From positions 458,107 through 490,106 of the forward strand of contig CAZNTG010000006.1 in NCBI GenBank assembly GCA_964575955.1: DNA of 32,000 nt, written 5' to 3'. The translations under genes and the position numbers were made by a program. Every line of letters begins with the position of its first letter. The stretch's first letter is position 1. This DNA comes from an uncultured Thermoproteaceae archaeon. GTDB taxonomy: Archaea; Thermoproteota; Thermoprotei; Thermoproteales; Thermocladiaceae. The notes under the pieces are model-generated. The model saw only the letters and a program-made list of their open reading frames with translations, was not told the origin of the DNA and made no database searches. Positions 17,531 through 26,763 of the stretch are shown piece after piece.

Positions 17531-19039
17531 CTAGTACTTCCACTTAATTACTGTGTATAGTGTCTCTTGTGCAGGACCTTCTTCAACTATCTTATAGAAT
17601 TCTGCTCTACAGTATAGACATCCTGGATCATCTGCTAGTGGATCTCCAAAGTATGAGAATGCTCTTGCTCTACAACCACCACAGATATCTCTATATTTAC
17701 ATCTTGAACATACATTTCCCGTGAATGTTCTTCTATCTCTAAACTTATTCATTAATTCATCATATTTCCAAATTTCGTAAAAGCTCTTTTCACGTATATT
17801 ACCTCTAGGTATTGGCATGAATACGCATGGTGTTACTGTTCCATCTGGCTCAACTGCACAATATACACGACCTGCACCACAACCTCCAATAAATTCTACA
17901 GCTGCTTTATATATTCCAAGTTTTAGAGCAGGTACGAAGTGTGTTGGTGCTGCAAGTTCTCCCTGAGTTTCTTGTAGTATTACTCTACCATATTGTGGTG
18001 CTGTTGTAACTATTTCAATTTTCCTTCTCCTAGTCTCTCTTGCTAATAATTTTAGAAATTCTTCCCTCTCTTCAGGTGTTAAATCAATCTTATAATTATC
18101 TCTACCTCTACCAACAGGTACGAAGTTGAAAAATACTATACGTCTAACTCCAAGATCTTCAGCAAGATCTATCATATTTTCAATATCATCAATATTGAAC
18201 TTTGTTACTGTTGTTGCAATAGCTGTGAAAAATCCCTCTTTAACACAATTTTCTATTCCTTTAACAGTCTTCTCCCATGCACCTGGAACACCTCTAAACT
18301 TATCATGTATCTCAGGCTTTGAATGATCAAGACTAATCTCTACATATCTCATACCTGCCTTCTTCATCTTCTTAACAAAGTCTGAATCTGCTAATGCTAT
18401 TCCATTTGTAGCAACTGCAGCATACATTCCACGTCTAGATATCTCTGCAACAATATCTAGGAAGTGTGGATGTATTGTTGGTTCACCACCACTGAGAGCT
18501 ACTCCACATACAAACATCTTATCAAGCTCGTCTATAAGCTTCAACTTCTCTTCAAGTGTGAGTTCTCTAACTTCAGCACCTGCACGTTGATAACAGTGTA
18601 TACATCTTAAATTACACATATTTGTAAAATTCCAAACTATGAAGAATGGTGCTTCAAATGGTAATGGTATTGTTAATCCATTTAGAGCAATAGTCCTAAA
18701 TACCAACAATACACCTCTCCTCGTTGCAGGATCTGCTAATAACTCTTTAGCAAATTTATCATCTGTCTTCAATAATGCTAATGCAAATCTCATCCATGCA
18801 GAAAATACTTCACTGACAAACCTGGCTATAGGAGGTAAACCACCTCTAACAACTCCAGCAAAATATGCTAAACATATATCTAAGAGAGGTCTTTTCTCAC
18901 CATTAATCTCAACCTCTTTTAACAATGCTTTAATTATTCTCCTGGTTGCTCTATTACCTAAGAAAAGTCTGAAGAAGGCAAGAACACCAGATAAACCATG
19001 CTTACTATCTCTCTCAATCTTCAAATTACTCACAGTCAC
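17531..19039 (-). CDS. Radical SAM protein with C-terminal SPASM domain and ~130-aa N-terminal extension (GTG start)
   Basis: CNLRCIHC (Cx3Cx2C) at residues 142-149, GGEPT. The SPASM Cys pattern is GGCGAGRVYCAVEPDGTVTPC ... CSRCKYRDICGGCRARA ... DPGC. Confidence 0.85.
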   Translation of the reverse strand: MTVSNLKIERDSKHGLSGVLAFFRLFLGNRATRRIIKALLKEVEINGEKRPLLDICLAYFAGVVRGGLPPIARFVSEVFSAWMRFALALLKTDDKFAKELLADPATRRGVLLVFRTIALNGLTIPLPFEAPFFIVWNFTNMCNLRCIHCYQRAGAEVRELTLEEKLKLIDELDKMFVCGVALSGGEPTIHPHFLDIVAEISRRGMYAAVATNGIALADSDFVKKMKKAGMRYVEISLDHSKPEIHDKFRGVPGAWEKTVKGIENCVKEGFFTAIATTVTKFNIDDIENMIDLAEDLGVRRIVFFNFVPVGRGRDNYKIDLTPEEREEFLKLLARETRRRKIEIVTTAPQYGRVILQETQGELAAPTHFVPALKLGIYKAAVEFIGGCGAGRVYCAVEPDGTVTPCVFMPIPRGNIREKSFYEIWKYDELMNKFRDRRTFTGNVCSRCKYRDICGGCRARAFSYFGDPLADDPGCLYCRAEFYKIVEEGPAQETLYTVIKWKY

Positions 19040-19119
19040 GTTAAATATCTATGTCATCTAATACATAAATTTGACATCATGCAAACATCATGACCTAGAG
19101 ATGTAGATTCATGGAAATC

Positions 19120-19842
19120 CTACAAACCTGACATTAAGATATCGCAGAGTGGCTTAATCTTCCTCTTTAACTTATCTAGAAGTTGACTACTATGAGCTTC
19201 AGGTAAGACATCTTTTAAAACATCTTTAAAATATGAAAGTTTTGAAACTATATTATTCATATTTAGGTAGAGATCTGCAATTTTATTAAAATTACCACTC
19301 TTAATATCGTATATCAGTAGTAGAGTATTAATTAGAGAATCTAGAAGATCTATATGACCAGCCTCTACAAGCTTCTTAAGTAGGTATATCACATTTATAC
19401 GAATAAGATTACCCTCCTCTAACCTAGCTTCTAGATATGTATATAGTTTATACGCATTAGTTATCTGTACACATTGCACATTCTTAGAATCATACTCATC
19501 AAGCATGTATGTTTCAGACTTATCTAAGTATAGTGTACCTTTCTTCAAAACTATGTATAAGTCAACTCTAAGAAGATCATCATCATCATAAATTCTAATT
19601 CTCTTCTCATTATTTACTAAAAATTTCTTAATAATTTTCCAAATCTTTCTAATCTTACTATACCTATCCTGTCTATCTATCATAACTACACTTGAGGAAA
19701 AGCATGGCACATCTATACAATGTAGACCCCTCTCTGCACAGTATAGTGCTTGTCTACGTACTATACATGCAATATACCTAACTACATCTGCTTCAGTAAT
19801 CCTATCTCTAAGTATGAAGTTACTACAATCACCATTAATCAT
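19120..19842 (-). CDS. Hypothetical protein (240 aa), no recognisable domain
   Basis: Long ORF in a co-directional gene string with an ATG start. The mostly helical C-terminal half has no motif I can assign. Confidence 0.5.
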   Translation of the reverse strand: MINGDCSNFILRDRITEADVVRYIACIVRRQALYCAERGLHCIDVPCFSSSVVMIDRQDRYSKIRKIWKIIKKFLVNNEKRIRIYDDDDLLRVDLYIVLKKGTLYLDKSETYMLDEYDSKNVQCVQITNAYKLYTYLEARLEEGNLIRINVIYLLKKLVEAGHIDLLDSLINTLLLIYDIKSGNFNKIADLYLNMNNIVSKLSYFKDVLKDVLPEAHSSQLLDKLKRKIKPLCDILMSGL

Positions 19843-19910
19843 CTTTTACACTATCTTCAGGAAGGAAGTTTAAAAGTTGTAATTTTGATATATTTATCAC
19901 AGTCTGAATG

Positions 19911-20477
19911 TTAGGATAAGTCTTCTAATGTTCTAGCCATAACATATGCATCTTCACCATCATGATAGTACTTCTTTATTATATTTACAACTGTAAATCC
20001 AAGTTTTCTATATAGATTTATAGCTGGTTCGTTAGATACTCTAACTTCTAAATATACTTCAGATGCACCATACTTATGCTTTAATACTCTTAATGCTCTC
20101 AGAAGCATATTATATGCAATTCCAATCCTTCTAGCATGTGGTAAAACTCCAATCGATATTACATGACCTTTCCTCACAGGTTTACCAACTTTAAAGTATG
20201 ACCAGCCATACTCAACTCTACACATTACATATCCAACAACCTCACCATCAATTTCAGCAACAATAAACGCTTTTGGATGTGTTAAATAGTGATCAACAAA
20301 GAAGAATGGTGGATAATTTTCTGGTAGTACTCTCCTATTAATAGATACTACCTTATCTAGATCTTCCATTTTAAACTCTCTCAATTTAAATATCCTCCCA
20401 TCTTTACCACGAATAAGTTCTTCTCCTTCTAGTGCAGTTGTGGTATCTTTAATACCTTCCTGAAGCACAACTATCAT
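19911..20477 (-). CDS. GNAT N-acetyltransferase (RimI/Ard1-type protein N-terminal acetyltransferase)
   Basis: Acetyl-CoA binding motif HARRIGIAYNML and EVRVSNEPAINLYRKLGF are typical of the RimI/Ard1 family. Confidence 0.8.
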   Translation of the reverse strand: MIVVLQEGIKDTTTALEGEELIRGKDGRIFKLREFKMEDLDKVVSINRRVLPENYPPFFFVDHYLTHPKAFIVAEIDGEVVGYVMCRVEYGWSYFKVGKPVRKGHVISIGVLPHARRIGIAYNMLLRALRVLKHKYGASEVYLEVRVSNEPAINLYRKLGFTVVNIIKKYYHDGEDAYVMARTLEDLS

Positions 20478-20558
20478 ATTTCTATCTAAAACATCTTTTA
20501 AATATGTATCTACACACTCTCAACATAGTTAAACACGAATTATCACAATACTACTAGA

Positions 20559-21023
20559 CTACTCTTCAATTACTCTACATAGCATATATGTGACTAGTAA
20601 GTAGACTATTCCTAACATTAGTAGTAGTATCAGTTGTCCTTTTCCTCTAAATATCAAGTCTCTAAGTACTAGACCTATCAATCCTACATGAGGTATTACT
20701 AGCGTTACAACACCTCTAATCTCTCTATTATTTATAAGCCATGGATCAGGAATTGGATTTGCATCACCTTTAGTTCTAATAAACACTACATGTCCTCTAA
20801 CTATCTTCTCATATACTCTATGTACAATCTCTATACTCTCACCATGCATTTTCAATATGTATACAATGACCTGTCCTACATGTATCTCAGTTATTGGTGT
20901 CTTCTGTAAAACTACTATATCTCCAATATCTAATGCTGGAACCATACTATAACTTCCAACTACAGCCCACGGTACTCCAAGTCCTGAATATTGTGATACT
21001 ATGTAGTACGCTAGGAGTAGCAC
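20559..21023 (-). CDS. Signal peptidase I (archaeal/eukaryal Sec11-type); 5' end uncertain
   Basis: Catalytic Ser motif GSYSMVPALDIGDIVVL, HRV, TKGDANPIPDPW. The first canonical start (GTG 21023) leaves only a short hydrophobic N-terminus. The 15 in-frame codons upstream encode IEKRTVVELVILIVIV, which looks like the missing signal anchor (see findings). Confidence 0.8.
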   Translation of the reverse strand: MLLLAYYIVSQYSGLGVPWAVVGSYSMVPALDIGDIVVLQKTPITEIHVGQVIVYILKMHGESIEIVHRVYEKIVRGHVVFIRTKGDANPIPDPWLINNREIRGVVTLVIPHVGLIGLVLRDLIFRGKGQLILLLMLGIVYLLVTYMLCRVIEE

Positions 21024-21080
21024 TATTACTATTAGTATTACTAGTTCTACTACGGTTCTCTTCTCTATCTATAAATCACC

Positions 21081-21096
21081 TCTAGACATGTCTAGA
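21081..21096. promoter_or_regulatory. Perfect 16-bp palindrome TCTAGACATGTCTAGA in the divergent signal peptidase/thermosome intergenic region
   Basis: The sequence is exactly self-complementary. It sits 38 nt upstream of the thermosome TATA box. Confidence 0.3.
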
Positions 21097-21133
21097 TGAG
21101 AAGTTTTTCACATTTACTCAATATAGAGAAAGG

Positions 21134-21141
21134 TTTTTATA
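21134..21141 (+). promoter_or_regulatory. TATA box for the thermosome gene
   Basis: TTTTTATA ends 30 nt upstream of ATG 21172. This argues against the GTG at 21145 given by the ORF track. Confidence 0.5.
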
Positions 21142-21171
21142 GAAGTGGAGTCTCATGTAGTATACGAGAAC

Positions 21172-22812
21172 ATGAGCGAGAGAAGAACTGGCGCACCAGT
21201 TCTAATACTTAAGGAAGGTACTCAGAGAACAACTGGCACAGATGCTCGAAGAAGTAACATAATGGCTGCTAAGGTAATTGCAGAGATATTACAGACCAGT
21301 CTTGGACCTAGAGGTATGGATAAGCTACTCATTGACGCTTTTGGAGATGTGACAATTACAGGTGATGGTGCAACAATACTCAAAGAGATGGAGGTTCAGC
21401 ATCCTGCAGCAAAGCTTCTTGTAGAGGTTGCAAAAGCGATGGATGCTGAGGTTGGTGATGGTACAACAACAGCAGTAGTTCTTGCTGGTAAGCTATTAGA
21501 AGAGGCAGAGAAGTTGTTAGACGAGGGTATTCATCCAACAATAATAATCTCAGGATATAAGAAAGCCGCAGACTACGCTATGCAGATTGCTGAGGAGATA
21601 GCGAAGCCTGTAAATGTTGAGAACAAGGATGAGCTTATTAGAGTTGCAATGAACGCATTAAGTAGTAAAGTTGTTGCTGAAGCTAGAGACTACTTAGCAA
21701 GAATTGTAGTTGATGCATGTAGTAAGGCTGTTGAGATTAGAGATGGAAAGTATTATCTAGATCTCGACTGGATTAAGATTGAGAAGAAGAGAGGTAAGTC
21801 ACTATTTGAGACACAGCTAATTGATGGTATTGTACTTGATAAGGAAGTTGTACACCCAGGAATGCCTAGAAGAGTTGAAAATGCTAAGATAGCAGTTCTA
21901 GACTGCCCACTAGAGATTGAAAAGCCTGAGTGGAGTACTAAGATCACAGTATCATCACCAGACCAGATAAAGGCTTTCCTAGATGAAGAGGCAAAGATAT
22001 TGAAGAGCTATGTTGACAAATTGAGAGAGCTTGGTGTAAATGTTGTAATATGTCAGAAAGGTATTGATGAGATTGCACAGCACTTCCTAGCTAAGGCTGG
22101 CATTCTAGCTGTTAGAAGAGTAAAGAGAAGTGATATTGAGAAAGTATCAAGAGCAACAGGTGCTAAGATAATTACAAGTCTAAGAGACATCAGACCAGAA
22201 GATCTAGGTACAGCAAAACTTGTAGAAGAGAGAAAGGTTGGTGAAGAGAAGATGCTATTTATTGAAGGATGTCCAAATCCAAGAGCAGTAACAATACTCA
22301 TAAGAGGTGCTGCAGATAGAATACTTGACGAAGCTGAGAGAAGTGTACAAGATGCACTACACGTAGTACGTGACATATATAGAGAACCAAAGATAGTACC
22401 TGGAGGTGGAGCATTTGAGATAGAAATTGCTAGAAGATTAAGAGAGTGGGGTAGAAAGTTGCCAGGTAAGGAGCAGCTTGCAGTACTCAGATTCGCAGAT
22501 GCTCTAGAACATGTACCAACAATACTAGCAATGACAGCTGGTCTAGATCCAGTAGATGCAATTGCAGAATTAAGAAAGAGACATGAAGCAGGTGAGGTTG
22601 ATGCAGGTGTTGATGTACTTGGATGTAAGATTGATAATATGTATAAGCTAAATGTTGTAGATCCACTACTAGTTAAGAAGAATGTTATCAAGGCTGCAAC
22701 AGAAGCAGCAATAATGATATTGAGAATAGATGATATAATTGCAGCAGCACCATCAAAAGGTGAAGGAAAGACTAGAAAGACAGGTGCTCCAGAAGAGGAG
22801 GAGAGTAAGTAA
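21172..22812 (+). CDS. ths: Thermosome subunit (group II chaperonin, CCT/TCP-1 family)
   Basis: [63 protein letters not shown] and a GxxxE-rich C-terminal tail are diagnostic. Confidence 0.95.
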   Translation: MSERRTGAPVLILKEGTQRTTGTDARRSNIMAAKVIAEILQTSLGPRGMDKLLIDAFGDVTITGDGATILKEMEVQHPAAKLLVEVAKAMDAEVGDGTTTAVVLAGKLLEEAEKLLDEGIHPTIIISGYKKAADYAMQIAEEIAKPVNVENKDELIRVAMNALSSKVVAEARDYLARIVVDACSKAVEIRDGKYYLDLDWIKIEKKRGKSLFETQLIDGIVLDKEVVHPGMPRRVENAKIAVLDCPLEIEKPEWSTKITVSSPDQIKAFLDEEAKILKSYVDKLRELGVNVVICQKGIDEIAQHFLAKAGILAVRRVKRSDIEKVSRATGAKIITSLRDIRPEDLGTAKLVEERKVGEEKMLFIEGCPNPRAVTILIRGAADRILDEAERSVQDALHVVRDIYREPKIVPGGGAFEIEIARRLREWGRKLPGKEQLAVLRFADALEHVPTILAMTAGLDPVDAIAELRKRHEAGEVDAGVDVLGCKIDNMYKLNVVDPLLVKKNVIKAATEAAIMILRIDDIIAAAPSKGEGKTRKTGAPEEEESK

Positions 22813-22885
22813 TTTTCAACATTCTAAAAGTCGTAAATTTTGAGAGAGTAAGTTTTCTAAAACCCTCAATAAATCTACCTATACT

Positions 22886-23263
22886 ATGTCTTCATCTTCA
22901 ACTACTACAAAATCTAGTAAAGTTCGAGTTTTTAATCTTGAAGAAAACTTTCCAAAAACTATAGAGGAATTGATATCTGCTCTAGAGAAGAGATCTTTAC
23001 CATTTCCACCAAGATTAACTAAGTATGAGATTGCTAGAATTGTTGCCGCTAGAGCTAAACAACTAGCTATGGGTGCTAAACCTATGATAGATATCTCAAA
23101 CTTGGGAACTTATGATCCAGTAATTATTGCTCTAGAAGAACTTAAGCAAGGTAAACTACCTCTAATAATAAGTAGGAGATTACCAACAGGTCGTAGAATT
23201 GAAATTAAGGTTCAAGATCTACAAAAGTTAGAGAGAGAATATGATTTCGGCATACCATACTGA
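22886..23263 (+). CDS. rpoK: DNA-directed RNA polymerase subunit Rpo6/RpoK with N-terminal extension
   Basis: Core LTKYEIARIVAARAKQLAMGAKPMI is the RpoK/Rpb6 signature. It is preceded by a roughly 40-aa Ser/Thr-rich and charged extension. Confidence 0.85.
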   Translation: MSSSSTTTKSSKVRVFNLEENFPKTIEELISALEKRSLPFPPRLTKYEIARIVAARAKQLAMGAKPMIDISNLGTYDPVIIALEELKQGKLPLIISRRLPTGRRIEIKVQDLQKLEREYDFGIPY

Positions 23264-23265
23264 GA

Positions 23266-23652
23266 TTATATAGATGAAGACTCTACCTCTCTCTCAGTTG
23301 GTTCACTTCTCTTAATCTCAATCTTACCATCCTGTATAGATACTTCGACATAATCACCAACATCAAGCTTACCTAAAATCTCTACCTCATCCTCAGTTAG
23401 CCAAATTGTCAATCTTGGTATTGGTATCTTACCACTAGTAGCTCCAAGACCTGGAAGTGGCATAGATTTTAATAGTTGTTGAACAAGTGGCATTACCTCT
23501 CTAGCAAGTCTAGCAATTTCATCACTACCAGCAATCACTGGTCCTGGTATTTCTCTTTCTTCAACAATGTCTATCTTTATCATTCTACTTCCAGAAAAAT
23601 CGTAGACTATAGACTTACTCAATATGTATCCTCTAAATGATACTTTTGTCAT
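23266..23652 (-). CDS. Hypothetical protein (128 aa)
   Basis: ATG-initiated ORF with its own upstream AT-rich region. The C-terminus (GDYVEVSIQDGKIEIKR) loosely resembles an AbrB/SpoVT-like hairpin, but this is not firm. Confidence 0.45.
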   Translation of the reverse strand: MTKVSFRGYILSKSIVYDFSGSRMIKIDIVEEREIPGPVIAGSDEIARLAREVMPLVQQLLKSMPLPGLGATSGKIPIPRLTIWLTEDEVEILGKLDVGDYVEVSIQDGKIEIKRSEPTEREVESSSI

Positions 23653-23801
23653 ATATTATATCCACGTGTAGTTTCATTTAACTTATTTAAAAACTTGATG
23701 TAGTATGTAGATATTTTTGGTAGATTATTAGTGAAGATTTAGAAAAGGCATTGGAAAAATTCGTCTTCTTATACAACCTTTTAACAATTTTTAGTTTTTA
23801 C

Positions 23802-24086
23802 TTATGACTTCTTTTCAAGTACTATCTCGATAGCTGCTACGTATCTCTCCTTACCTCCCTGTCCAGCTATTCTATCACTCATTAACTTCACTTCCTTTAT
23901 CTCTACTAGTCCTGGCATGAATCTGTCTCTAACCATTACTGCAGTTGCTACTGCTCTTGCAACAGCTGTTCCTCTTGCCTTTAGTATTACTCTCTTACTA
24001 CCAGCATTGAACTGCATTACTGTTGCTATAACGTAGTTTGTTGTTGGCTTACGACCTACTAGTATTACTGCTTCTGGTGCTGACAT
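23802..24086 (-). CDS. albA: Alba DNA/RNA-binding chromatin protein
   Basis: ILVGRKPTTNYVIATVMQFNAG...VILKARGTAVARAVATAVMVRDRF...IEIVLEKK matches Alba. The second ATG (24086) is preferred because it sits 30 nt from the shared TATA element. Confidence 0.9.
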   Translation of the reverse strand: MSAPEAVILVGRKPTTNYVIATVMQFNAGSKRVILKARGTAVARAVATAVMVRDRFMPGLVEIKEVKLMSDRIAGQGGKERYVAAIEIVLEKKS

Positions 24087-24115
24087 GTATGATCCGAGCA
24101 CGTTATGCACAGTGT

Positions 24116-24124
24116 ATTTTTAAA
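24116..24124. promoter_or_regulatory. Shared AT-rich TATA element between divergent albA and the crenactin operon
   Basis: ATTTTTAAA lies 24 nt upstream of ATG 24148 (+) and 30 nt upstream of ATG 24086 (-). The whole divergent spacer is only 61 nt. Confidence 0.45.
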
Positions 24125-24147
24125 GTATTACCGTTTAGTTCTACTAG

Positions 24148-25814
<1,667 letters not shown>

Positions 25815-25850
25815 AAACATATATCAACAACCTAGTAGAAGATAATCACG

Positions 25851-26579
25851 ATGTCATCATTACTAATTTTAGATAAGGTAAGAACATTATTGAAAAGATG
25901 GGCAAAAGAAAATAACTTAATACTGGAAGAGCTAGGTGATAGTTCAGCAATACTTAGAGAAGGTGATAATACAATATTTATAAAATTTCTAATATATGAA
26001 GATATACCTGACATAGATGATTTAAATAGACAAATAACATTATTAGCATCAAAAAGATCAGAATACAATAAGATGTATATATTGACAGGTAGAGATACTG
26101 TAAGTATACTAGATGGAAAACTGTTGAAGAAGGTTGGAATTGGTGTATTAGTTGTAGACTTCGATAATGAGGAGATTAGAGAAGTCTTACAGAGTCCAGC
26201 AGTTAGTGTGAAGAAGACATATGATATAGATATATCAAAAATCGAGAATTATATAAAGAATATAGTTGAAAAATATGTTAAGAATGAAATTGAGAAAGTG
26301 TATGATCTTGTGAGAAGTATTGAAGAGAGAGTTCTAAATATAGAGAAGATGTTGAGTAATATGAAATCTTATAAACAAGATATTGAAGATATATGGAATG
26401 TTATAGATAGACTGAAGTTAGAGATTGAAAGATTGAAAAATATGTGTACCGATACCAGTGCTAGACCTGTTAAAGAGGAAGCTGTTGAAGTATCTAGAAG
26501 AGAAGAGAAGATTGAAATGCCTGAATATCTTAAAGATAATCCATGGATTCAAATAATAGCAAACAAATCTGTAAGATAG
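25851..26579 (+). CDS. Arcadin-2-like protein (globular N-domain, coiled coil, C-terminal peptide)
   Basis: 242 aa, immediately downstream of crenactin. Has a central heptad-rich region and a C-terminal EMPEYLKDNPWIQIIANK tail. The assignment is by synteny and architecture. Confidence 0.5.
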   Translation: MSSLLILDKVRTLLKRWAKENNLILEELGDSSAILREGDNTIFIKFLIYEDIPDIDDLNRQITLLASKRSEYNKMYILTGRDTVSILDGKLLKKVGIGVLVVDFDNEEIREVLQSPAVSVKKTYDIDISKIENYIKNIVEKYVKNEIEKVYDLVRSIEERVLNIEKMLSNMKSYKQDIEDIWNVIDRLKLEIERLKNMCTDTSARPVKEEAVEVSRREEKIEMPEYLKDNPWIQIIANKSVR

Positions 26580-26580
26580 T

Positions 26581-26763
26581 ATGAGTACAGAGATTGATAG
26601 GATAATTATAGAACTCTTAAAAAGTGAGATTTCAGATGAAGAAACATATAGATTAGCTGAAGAACTATATAGAGCATATAAGGAGGGTGGTCAGAGAAAG
26701 GTTAGAGAATACATACTTAAGTTATTAAGAGATCTCGGTATTGAAGATATAGAAAATGAGTAA
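26581..26763 (+). CDS. Arcadin-3-like small helical protein
   Basis: 60-aa ORF starting 2 nt after the previous stop and overlapping the next gene by 8 nt. Assigned by synteny only. Confidence 0.4.
   Translation: MSTEIDRIIIELLKSEISDEETYRLAEELYRAYKEGGQRKVREYILKLLRDLGIEDIENE

Noticed and set aside
19843-19910. GUGAUAA C-box-like elements on the minus strand here and in 20478-20558.
   Set aside because: The box is degenerate, there is no properly spaced D'/C' pair, and the distance to CTGA is incompatible with a two-guide sRNA (or CTGA is absent).
22053-22691. 212-aa ORF antisense to the thermosome gene. Similar long antisense ORFs occur at 18639-19061, 4440-4886, 9182-9565, 13279-13629, 14226-14567, 4941-5252 and 31513-31920.
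   Set aside because: All lie fully inside or opposite strongly supported genes. They have low-complexity Ser/Leu/Ile-rich translations and no motifs. They are the expected by-product of codon periodicity in an AT-rich genome.
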